64,000 nt of DNA from Octopus sinensis (taxonomy: Eukaryota), in the NCBI RefSeq assembly GCF_006345805.1, contig NC_043005.1, forward strand, positions 21,018,001-21,082,000, in the 5' to 3' direction. The notes under the pieces are model-generated. The model was not told where the DNA came from. It saw only the letters and a list, made by a program, of their open reading frames with translations, and made no database searches. The position numbers and the translations under genes are program-made. Below are positions 1-11,978 of this stretch, in pieces; positions within the stretch are counted from its first letter, which is position 1, and every line of letters begins with the position of its first letter.

Positions 1-600
1 AAGGTGACAATATGACGTAATGGTTGTTTGCCCAAACAAGCATAATTGTTGGTATCCCATTGGTTAAAATTACTGCCCATATACGAAATCTAAACTTTCA
101 TCAAAGAAATGTTTCGTGAAATATAGTTCTTAGAATTCGGATATAAACAGTTATAAAAACCCTGATTTTTGGGAAATTACTCAGTGTTCGTAGGATTGTT
201 ACTTAACTCCACGACACTCATTACAGTGTTCATAGGATTGTTACTAAACTCTACGATACTCACAACAGTGTTTGTAGGATTGTTACTAAACACCACAACA
301 CTCACTCATTGAGAAATTGGCTATTTTTTATGCCATGTCTATGATAAAAATCCAACAAGACATTTGAATTGTTGTGAACTCTAGTAGTTAGTATGAAAGA
401 TTAGCTCATGTGAATTTTAAGTCGTAATTCTCTACGACAAAATGACTTTACTTTCCAATTGTACTATAAATGCTAAATGCACATAAATAAAATAATGTAG
501 CAATTATTTTCTCTTTCTTCACATTCTTCAACTCGTTAATGAAATTTATTTCTGCAGTTATGAAACTGTATTTTTTATAGTGGTTAAAAGAACATGAATT
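1..600 (+). repeat. Unclassified dispersed repeat; second copy inverted at about 48770..49283
   Basis: aaggtgacaatatgacgtaatggttgtttgcccaaacaagcataattgttggtatcc... matches the reverse complement of 49283 downward over roughly 500 nt. Confidence 0.85.
182..307 (+). repeat. 42-bp tandem repeat, 3 copies
   Basis: cagtgttcgtaggattgttacttaactccacgacactcatta units start at 182, 224 and 266. Confidence 0.9.
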
Positions 601-964
601 TGTTTATCTTCAACATACATGCATGCATAAAATGCCCGTTAGTGTTTCAGAGTAAATATTTCTCGCTATGGTGTTTACGTTGCTGGAGTCAGGATTTATG
701 TATAATGATAAAACTTATAAGTAAGTTATAAGTGATGGGTTTATCAATATATATTCCTACTTCAAATGTAAAATATATTTATCTATTTCCAAATAGGAAA
801 CATATAAAAGTAGTGTTACACAAACAGTAACCAAATGTAGCTATAAAAAGTGGTGACCGACTATCCTGTCCCACTCAATATCTTTTCTTCCAAGTTTATC
901 TCCTCATTCTTTCCCTCCTTCTAATACATGCAGCAATGATAAACATCTCTGTTTTCAATTACAG

Positions 965-1135
965 AATATGCACAAATAAACTGTGGAACTCCAAAAGATA
1001 TTGCTAATGCATTGAAGTCTTATAAAACCTCCTCCTATAAAGCTGAAGTGACCTATACTTGCTCAAAGGGAGAAAAGTTAAAGTCAACATGTGAAAAGGA
1101 CAACAAATGGACTCCAATACCTTCCGCTTGTAAAG
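965..1135 (+). CDS. Exon S1, Sushi/CCP domain
   Basis: ttcaattacag|AATATG...TGTAAAG|gtaatg; 171 nt; YAQINCGTPKDIANALKSYKTSSYKAEVTYTCSKGEKLKSTCEKDNKWTPIPSACK (4 Cys plus the conserved Trp). Confidence 0.9.
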
Positions 1136-4100
1136 GTAATGTAAATAGCTTCTCTCCTGTTGTTTCGGTCTGTCTATTAATATTTGATTTTTGCATTAAA
1201 TGTTTTTGTTAGCAGAATACTGGCTGACTCCATGACAATTTCTGTAGTGTTTTTGGCTGGTGGGAGGAAGAGAAGGAGCTGTCCTCAGACCAGAGATCTC
1301 TCCATATGCTTGCAACAGAGTGAACTCCTTTAATACTAGCCAAGGGCCTAGTAATGCTGTTAAATTGGGTGATTTGAACTGATAGACTAAACAGCATGAA
1401 TACCCACTATAAAAGAAATACACTTGACATGTAATTGTCCTCCTTCTCCTCCTCCTCATCGTCATCATCATCATCATAACTAATGCTCATTTTGCAAGCT
1501 AACCTGGGCTGAACAGTTTGACAGGTTTCAATGATACACAGATTGCATGAGGCCCAAATGTCACTTCTGGTATGATTTCTGTTTCTTGTTGCACATCCTA
1601 GCACCAACCACTTTACAGTGTGTACTGGGTGGTGCGTTTTTTCATGAAACTGGCATTAGTGAGGTCAGCAAACAACTTGAAAGACAAAGTAAAAAGAGGA
1701 ATAGGGCGAAAAGCTTCTCCGCCATGTTAATCTGTACTGGAGGGAGGAAAAATAGCATTATGCTAGGTGGTGTAGGTAAAAGTATGACAAAGGGACAAGC
1801 ACAGGTATCTTGCTATAGAGGAAATACATGACCACCCCAGTTTTGCAAGGGTGGGTGAGGGTAGTTGGAAGGGAGAAAATGATGGTGGTGACATATATCC
1901 TGATCATACTTTCTAGGTACAAGAAGGTGAGTATCAGGAAGAATATAGCGAGGTGGAGAAAAAAGTGTGGATAAATTAATAAAAAGTATGGTGGGAGAGT
2001 TAAAAAAACAGTTAGAGATTGAGCTATAGGTGGATGGAATGAGTGATGAGAAAGAGTGAAGCTGTGGTTGATGGAGGAGGAGGTAAGATATAGAAGTGGC
2101 GCAGGAAGCAGGAGGTGACAAGCAGCAGCACAGGAGAAGTGAAGGGCAACAGTATCATATACGTCTTGACATGAGAAAGTAGGAAGATAATGTGCAGGTG
2201 TTAGATTGTTGGAAGGTGGGTGAAGAGTGCGGCAAATATGGAGGTGGCTAATGTGAGTGGGACACCAAAGTTGGTGGGGCCATTGATAGTGAATATGAGA
2301 AAATACTGAGAATGATGATACATAGGAAAGGTGTTAACCATGATGCATGGCAGACCTTTGATTTAGCTCAGAGTGGAAGGAGAGATTAATGAAAGCACAG
2401 AAAAGGAGTAATTGGTGGAAAGTAGTATGACAGGGATGATTATGAGAGTGAGATAACTGGTTGTGACAAAGTGAGGATGAAAAATGTGCTGATTCTGCAT
2501 CTCAAATGATTTAAGCTGCTGAGTAGTGCCATGTACACACTGAAAATAAAGATGAGTATGTTTGCTGCAAACATCTCAGACAAGATTGTCGAGTGGCAGT
2601 TCTATGACTAGATTTTTATCTTGAAGTGGTAGAACCATTTGGTAGCTTTGCAAAACCAAGTATTTAAGGAAGTTCACCATGGTATTCCCTGACCAAAAGT
2701 TTTTCAATTCAAATTTGTCAGTTAGTTTTCATTGATGTTCAGCGAAAACTGTTAGAATACTAGTGCTCTAACTCTCAATAGATTGCTAGAGTGGGATATC
2801 CACCAATTCCATTTATCCATGTCAGATTTCATCCAGTGTACTTCATCTTTTGTAATCCATAGGATTACATTAGACAATGTGGCCATCCCCTTTACATAAA
2901 ATGGTGGTGTGTGATTGAGGGAGAGTTTGTTACTATTTCTATCATAAGGGCCTTCATAGTAACTACCTCATGACAAGTATTGAACTTTAATATTGCAATC
3001 TAACAAATCTGACATAGCTTATCCTCAGTTGCCTGGTTCAACATCACCACCTGGTCCTTCAGCTGGTCATAACAATGGTGATGAACGATACTTGCTCTAA
3101 TGTTTATATACTCAGTACAATATCAAGCGTTCATATTGAACCACAAATTTACTCAAGTTTGATATTTTGCGTTCAGATTGCTGTCAAATGTAATGTTTAT
3201 TTCTTCACATTTAAAAAACATTAAATTAATCATGCATCATCTTGTAGCTTGAAGTTTTCAATGATGTGATTATTTTGTTATAGAATGACATTGTAGGTTA
3301 GATATGAAAGGCTGGTTATGGCTGATTTAATCATAAAGCAGGTAGAATATTTGGGCTGGATTAAATGCTAAAGGGTTAATCACAAGTGTAGGAAGGTTGG
3401 TTGCCTCAGAATTTCATGTCATTGTTGTTTCTGTCATGGCTAGCTTATTAAAAAATCTAAATAAACTCATTGAATCAATTATGTATTCATTTTTTAGGGT
3501 GATGTATTCACAGAATCATTCTAGCGTCAGACAAAATGTGTTGTATTTTTCTAAATCCTATTAATGTGGATTTTCCTCTTCCAGAGCCAATAAAATGTAG
3601 GGGCCATTTAAATTTTATTGGTCCTTTTAGGGCCAAATTAATTGGCTCCTACCTCAAAATTTTGGTCTTCTCTCTATGTGAGAAATTAATAGTATTATTG
3701 TTAGTTTTCATTCTTCTCTATCTTATTTTGACTCTAGATGCTCAGATCCATTTTGTGAAAGTAAAAAATGCAGCTCTGGATGTAACAGTAAAAACATTAT
3801 GGAGTAAGAAAAAAGTAACAGTAGATGCATGTGCTGAAAAATGTTTTTCTGACAAAACTTGTGTATCATTTGAAATATTAAAAACAAGTGGACTCTGTTA
3901 CTTATTAAAACAAGCTGCAACATCCTCCAAAATAAAAACAGACCAAAGCAGAGATTACTACCAACGAGTAAAATGTAATTATTCTTTGTATTTTATTATT
4001 GGATTTCTCTTTTCTATTTTTTTTCTGATATTTCTGATTCCATTCCTGCTTCATAATATATACGCAACCATCCCTTTAAAGGTATTAAGAGATTTACCAA

Positions 4101-4999
4101 TAAGGGCAGACATAAAGACATTGCTGCAAAAAAAAAAAAGAAAGAAAGCAGTACAAGGAAGTGTAAATACTGTTAGAGTATTCCAATATGGCAAGTGTTT
4201 ACCTTGAACACTTTTAATGCTTATTTTCATTTTCTTTTATCTTCTTTGATGTTCTTTTACATGTTTGAATCATTGAACAGTGGTCATGCTGGGACAATGT
4301 CTTGAAAGGTTCATTTGAATAAATCAAATCCAGTACTCATTTTTTAAAAAACCTGGTACTTATTTTATCATTCTGGTTTGCTGGGATGTAAACAAGCTGA
4401 CACCTATTGTCCAGCAGTGACAGTGGGGTTTAAACACAGATGCACACACACTTACGCACACATGTACACTTGTAAATAAATAGATACATTGATACAGATT
4501 TAAGCACATAAATATGTATGTGAATATATATATATATACATATATATAGTAAGAGAAGGGATATAATATCCAGACAGATGCCAAATTTCTCTCTGTAAAA
4601 TGTCAAGGCTGGTTCCTTCAGGTGGTGCATTTTATGGTAAACTTCCTTTAACTCCCATTTCAAGTTATAGTTTATTCCTTGGCTATTTAGAGGGTAAAGT
4701 ACAATATTGATAATAAAGAGAATGAAGAATTTGAACTTTCAAACTTTATTTATTTCCGGTTAATAATAATTGTCTGATATGTGTTTCGATTGTACTAATT
4801 GGATATTGTTGCACATTTATATGCAGTGATTTATGCATTATTAGTATGATCTCTTCAGGGTATATAAATATGACATTGTTTGAAGAGTAATTTTCCTCTG
4901 TTTTTAGTTTGAATTAGGCTTGGTAGTAGTTGCTATTATTCGTTAGCTTCTTGTGCTTGTGGTTAGACATCAGTCATTCATTATGGTTTATAGCTTTTG

Positions 5000-5049
<50 letters not shown>

Positions 5050-8000
5050 ATTTTGCAGGGACATAAACAAGCTAACACCTGTTGTCCAACATCAGCGGTG
5101 GTGGTGGTAGGGATCAAACACAGTCGCACACACCCACACTTATACACACATGCACACTCACACAGGGGACATGCCTGTATACAACAACAACCGTGATTTC
5201 ACTTAGCTTGATGTGTTTTCTCAAGCACAGCAACCTGCCAGGAGTCTTGGTCCCCTGTCATCCCTTCTGTGGGTTCCAATATCTGTAGATCCTTTCTCAC
5301 CTCTTTGTTCCTTCTGCAATTAGAGATCAGTACTTCTTGATGCAACTTCATTCATACACATTACATGATTGCACCAGCACAGTCTTCTCTCTCTTACACT
5401 ATATTTTATGCCTTGTGTACCCCGTTCTTCTCTCAAATCACTTACACTCTGTTGTATATGCACACTGACATTACCCATCCAGTGGTGAATACTGGCTTAT
5501 TTTGTTTCAAGCCTTTGCATATCCTCAGTAGTTACAGCCCATGTCACACTGTCAGGTAGCATAGCTGTTCATACACTGGCATCATACACTCTATCTTTCA
5601 CACTGAAAGGGAAGCCCTTTGTTACTAACAGAGGGAGTAGCTCTCTGAAGTTTGCCCATCCTATTCTTATTCTAGTAGATATATTTTGAGAACTTCCTCC
5701 ACTACTACTAACTTGGTCATGTAAGTAACAAAAATTGTCTACTACTTCTAAGGATTTCCCCTGACATTTCAGCAAGTCTGGTTTTTGGTCATTCCTGGTG
5801 TTTAATATTCCTGCAAACATACCACATATAAAGACTACTTTCTCTGTTAGTCTTCCGGTGATACTGCTGCACCTCTTATGTGTCCAAAGCTTGCACTGAG
5901 TACACCTTACGGAGTTTCTCCCAACATCTTTTCCACATATCATCAGCAATTTGTTTTCCTACTTATCAAGACTTTAGTCTTTGCAAAATGAACTCTAGGG
6001 CTCTTTGACTCCAGTCTGTGCTTCCATACCTGAAATTTTTTCTCTAGATCTGGTTATGATTCAGCAATAAGAACAAGGTTATCGACACAGGAGCTCCCAA
6101 TGCAGTCAGTCTTAAATTATCATAAATAAGAGGAGGCTAAGAACTGCTCCCTGGTGGACTCCTACTTGTACACTAAACTTTTTGATATACTCATTGGCAA
6201 TTCTCACCTTACTGACTACATCCTTGTACATTGTTTATACAGCTCTTACCAACTACTCATCTATCCATAGCTTCTGCATTGCTTACCAAATAGGTTAGTG
6301 GAAGACCCTGTCAAAGGTTTTCTCCATCTCTTAAAAAGCTAGATACTGAGGTTTATATTTGGCCAAGTATTTCTCCTGCTGGGTCTTCTCAAGCATAGCA
6401 TATCTCCAATGGTTTCTATGAGGCCCAACGTTTGAAGGTCGTGCTTCACCATCTCATCCCAGGTCTTACTGGGTTTACCACTTCCACAGGTTCCCTCCAC
6501 TGTTAGGGTGTGACACTTCTTCAAACAGCTGTCCTCATCCATACACAGCACATGACCATACCAGCACAGCTGTCTCTCTTGCATTCCATGTCTGATGCTT
6601 CTTACACTCTCCTATTTCCATGAAGAAGGAAAGATTTGATATGAACATTATATGACATTGAGGTAGTTAATGCTTTTGAAACTATTGTCTACATATAGCC
6701 TTCAGTCACTCCCAAAATATTCTCCAGAATGTCATGTTAGACATCCCTAAGTAACCATGAATATTTTGATACATTTCTGCCTGATATCTTATATCAGATC
6801 CACTGTAACCTTGCTTCTTCAGTTTTGGAATACATATCATAGTAATATTCCTGAGCTAAACAATCTGAGAAGTGAAGGAAAGGAAAATCATGTTATCAAA
6901 CTACGAGTCTATATTTATAAAATCTATCTGTGATATTTTATGACACTTACATCCAATGTCAAAAGTTGTGTTGACTCCTCATCTCTGATCACCAATTGGA
7001 AATAGCAATGGGAATTGCTGTGACTCATAATTTGGATGTATTGAATTGATTGTTTGAAGAGGAAATTCACCAGGAACACAGCTTTTATGCAGCCTCAGAA
7101 ATCATTGTGGTTGTTCTGTTCCCAAATTCATATCTGGCATAATTACTGCAACTTCTGTGGCTGGACAATTATAAGTTTGGTTACCAGCTGTAGGAATGTA
7201 TTTGTTTTCTGGAGTAACTTTTGATAACTCTTGTGTATTAAAAGTGCCTAAATATTCTGTGCTGTTATTTTGCCTAAAAGGTTGAGTCTTTTTCTGAACT
7301 TTATATTGCCAGAAGTCTTGTCCTTTGTCATCTCATCCCTTAATCTCATAGTCCTGAGGTCAGTCTTCACCACTTCATCCCATACCTCCCAGTAAGGTGT
7401 GGTTTAGGACGACTGGGTTGCTATATGAGTGACCATATAGAGGTCTTACTTGTTGGTGATGTGTCTGTTGGATCAGAGCTGATGTAGTCATTTGAATTGT
7501 TTAATGCTTTTCAAAATATTTTCACAAATTAGTCACATCGTATATTTGACATAAAGCATGGTTAAATGGTCTTTAAGGTTAGATTCATTATTTCAAGTTA
7601 CTAATATTTAATATCGATGTATGTATGTTATATTATTATTTATGTTGAAAAGGAAAATCCTAAAATTAGATTTACCTTTGTTAAAAACAATGAAATATTA
7701 ATTCAATAGAACACTGGCAAGACATGCAGCATGAAGCTCAGCAGTGGAAAATGTAAATGTATGATCAAATGCAATTATGTTTAAAGAACATGCATTTATA
7801 AAGCAATGAAACATTATGGCTTAAATACTGCCAGTAAATTTTGATATGGCCTCACCGAGGCAATGTGGCTGATGCTGGTGTTGCATAACTAGCACCCATG
7901 CCAGTGGCACATAAAGAGCACCTTTTAAGCATTGGGCCTCATGGAGGCAATGACAAATGACTGTGACCTTTGGTAATATGCTGTGCTTGAGAAGGCCCAT

Positions 8001-11000
8001 CAAGTCAAGTGAAGTAAGTAGTCATGGCAAATACTGATGTCATGCAACTGGCACACAAAAGCACCCATTACACTCTTGGAGTGGTTGGTGTTAGGAAAGG
8101 CATCCAGCCTTAGAAACCATGCCAAATCAGACTGGGATCGGTTACAGCCCCTCAGCTTCCATCCCTGGTCAAACTCCCCAAACCATGCCAGCAAAGGCAA
8201 TGGATGTTAAATGACGATGATGATGATATATGCATGGCTATGTGGTAAGAAGCTTACTTTCGAACCACATGATTCCAGGTTCAGTCCTGCATGGTACCTT
8301 AGGTAAGTATCTTCTACTATACCCTCAGGCTAATAATAATGTAAATAATATATACATATGTATGCATATATACACACAAACGTACATACATATATTTGTG
8401 TATAGGTATGCATATGTGGGTACAGGACGTCACAAAATGTAAACAACATGAAATATGAAAGTAACATTGAGTGCGCAAAGAATGAGAGAAACAAATGGAA
8501 AACAAGACAAGAATCTTCTTCAAGCATTCGCTACCTTACCTTGTCTGAGCCTAACAGCCTTCCCTGTTTATATTCATTTGGTTTGGTTTGGTTTGTTGTG
8601 TGTCCTGTTTTTATTACCAACTCTGACCCTCTGCAAATACCCATTTTTTTTTTTTGCGGTTCATGGGAGTAACTGCCTTCAAAGTCTTATTTTATTCATT
8701 ACTCGAAATAAGGAGTAGGACAGCTGACAACTGATGAAGGGCTGTTTTTTCATGTTACTTGTCTTGCTTTCCAGTGAAACTACAACTGTACAAGAGTTAT
8801 TGCCACTGGGAAGAAAGCCAGCAAACATGTTTCAAGAATTTGAAACAAAGAGTGACAGAGACTCCAGTACTACAGTACGCTGATGTTACAAATCCAGTAG
8901 TATTATCAGTGGAGACAAGTTCTGAAGGGCTAGGAGCAGTGTTGATGCAAGGTGACAAGCCTGTAGCATTCGCTTTGAGGTCACTGACAAGTGTACAAAA
9001 GAAGTATGTGCAGATTGAGAAAAAGATGGTAGGTATCCTAAATGGATGTAAGTTTCATCAGCACATCTACAGGAAAACAGTTCAAGTAGAAACTGATCAC
9101 AAGCCCCTTGAAATCATATTTCAGAAACCCTTGTATAGAGCTCCTCAGAGGTTGCAGAGAATGTTGCTGCATCTACAGATGTATGATCTTTAAGTTACCC
9201 ACAGATCTGGCAAAGAACTGATTGTTGCAGATGCCTTGAGTAGGGTATATCTTCAAGTCAGTAATGATTGGTTTGATGAAACTGAGTGTGAAGTAGATCT
9301 AATATCACAACTGCTGATGACCTCAAGAAAGTTGAGTGAATTCAAGATTGCCACAGTGAATGACCCATAACTGCAACATCTAAAATCAGTGATTCTGTGT
9401 GGATGGGCAGAAAACAGCAAATGCAAGAGACTACTGGAATATTCAAGATGAACTCACTGTTGTTGATGAGCTCATCTTCGTAGCTGACAAAGTTGTTGTT
9501 ACTGCAACACTATGAACAAAAATATTGAATAGAATTCATGATGCTCATTTTGGAGTGACAAAGTGCATACTCAGAGCCAAAGATGTTATCTTTCAGCAAG
9601 GAATGACTGTACAAATTGAAGAATTTGTATCACGATGTTCTGTGTGCAGTGAAAACAGAATGAGTAATCCAAAACAACCAACGAAGAGTCATGAAATTCC
9701 TGATCAGCCGTGGGCCAAAGATGGAGCTGATTTGTTTGTGTACAAGAACAATGACTACCTGATGGTGTGGACTATTTCTCAAATACCACAAAATTGTGAA
9801 ATTGTCTGACCTATCAAGTAAAAAGAGAAGCATAGCAGTGAAATTAGTCAGCATCCCAGATGAGCGCATGAGAGATAATGGACTGCAGTTTATGAGTGCA
9901 GAGTTCCTTAACTTTGGTCTAGGATGGGACTTCAAACACACATCGAGTCTGACATACCCACAATCAAACAGACAAGGTGAGCGTACAGCTTAGACAGTAA
10001 AATATCTGCTCAAGAAAACAGAAGCTAGTGGCTGAGATGTCTACTTAGCTCTGTTTGAGTACAGAAATACACTGGTTGACTGCTCAAATGCTAATGACAC
10101 TGCGTCTGATACCTTGCTGAAACCTCGGGTACAGGGCCAGAAACCACTACATGAACAGCTGAAAGCATGTCAAGACCAGCAAAAGTATACTGCAACAGAG
10201 GTAATAGAGAGTTACCTCCCTTGACTCCCGGACAGCAAGTCAGGATTCAAGAATGGAATCCTGGAGTTGTCAAATTAGCTGATGATGCACCAAGATCCTA
10301 CAATATAACGATGTCAAATGGAAGACAGTATCAATGAAATTACAGTCATCTCTGGACAGCTGCTGAGAATCCGACAGCTCAGCCAAATGGAGAATGTGAA
10401 GAGATTATGAACTGTGATACATATGTGTCTAAGACAACAGACACTCTCTGTAATTGAACTACAAGATCTAGACGAAAAATCAACATGCCAGAATGATATC
10501 AAGATTGATATCAAGAACTTTTGAATTTCAGTTTCAACAAGTTGAACTATGTTAATTGCTAGAAAGCATATTTTATTATTTTTTCCTGTTTGAAGTTAAA
10601 GAAGATATATTCATGGACTTAGAAGAAAGTTGCTTTATCAGAATATTAATTGATATATAATTGAGTTTATTTGAAGCTGATAATTTAAGTTCCAAATATT
10701 GCCATAGCTTAAATTTTGTGTGTATATTGACTACAATAATACTTCTTACAATGTTTGTAAAGAAGGGCGATGTAATGAAAGTCACTTTACATTAAGATGT
10801 GCACACAAAGTGTAATGTCATGAGTTTGTGATGTATGACGTAACAGATACACATAGTGATGGCTGTGCCCTGTGTCATGCCATAGTTTTCAGTCGAGGCC
10901 TATGGTTAATTTCCAGAAACCACTGGCTTGACACCCCCATCCTCGCCCTTGTGGCAAATAAATGAAATTATTATTATTATTAATCCTCATGAGTCATTGT

Positions 11001-11946
11001 TGTTGTCATCATCATTATTATTATTTCATAGATATTTTAAAAGTATTAGATGATTATGTAGAAGTACAAGTAATTGTGATTTTGAATAAAATATGAGAAA
11101 GCTATCTCATGCTTTGTTGTTTAAAGGGACAAACAAATCCATCCACGAAATAGATTTTCAGCATAAGACACCCTTCTCAGAATTAATGTGAATTCTAGTA
11201 CATCATAAGACATGCTTCACACTTTATCTCAGAGCTTAGGTTGTTCATACTCCATTTGTATATCTCTCTCCCCATGGTGTGTTTTGTTGAAGACTGAATG
11301 GCCATAGCAACACTTGATACATGGGTTGACCACCTGTTTAGGGGAGTGTTGACCCTACAAAATTACATCATTTAAAGGGAGCTGTACCAATGTATTGTAG
11401 AAGTACAAGTGTTGTCTGGAGCCTAAGTATTGTGACAAGGTTTCAAATAAGTCTGAAGATGTTCAACTCATATGCATTCTGATTTGCATGTCATTTTGTC
11501 AATCAATTATTTGTTGATAATAAATTATCCATTTACAAACTTATATCCTGCTTGCTTTACAATATTTGAGTGTGGGTGTATTTGGGGAAATGAATGAGCA
11601 TAAAATGTATCTCTTGGTTTCTTTTTCTTTTACCAGCTGACAAGCCCTTGAAGCTTAAGAAAGTTAATTTACCAAAGACGGTTATTTTAAAACAGCTTAA
11701 AGATAAGTCCTTAAATGAGTGCAATGAAGCTTGTCAACAATACGAAGGATGTAATTCTTATGAGTACAATGACCAGGATAAACTGTGTGGTCTAAGCAAT
11801 GTGACACAATTGACTAGTGAACTTAAACCCAACACTGGAAATTGGGATGTTTATATCATTGATCCAGGTCAGTAGAGTGTTTCTATTTTATATATGTGTG
11901 CTTACATCTGTGTGTATTTACATTTATGCATCTGTAGGAAGATATA

Positions 11947-11978
<32 letters not shown>

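Noticed and set aside
182-307. Regularly spaced 42-bp repeats, superficially CRISPR-like
   Set aside because: They are contiguous tandem units with no unique spacers, there are no cas genes, and the context is eukaryotic.
3536-4207. PAN ORFs (also 22153, 39094, 45618, 60751) read as stand-alone signal peptide-PAN-TM genes
   Set aside because: The hydrophobic leaders are translated T-rich acceptor tracts, most starts are TTG, and protein similarity between copies begins and ends exactly at the AG and GT splice sites.
8700-8790. CTGATGA at 8731 with nearby GAAA motifs as a possible hammerhead
   Set aside because: I could not build convincing stems I-III, and the downstream GAAAC falls at the Gypsy junction.
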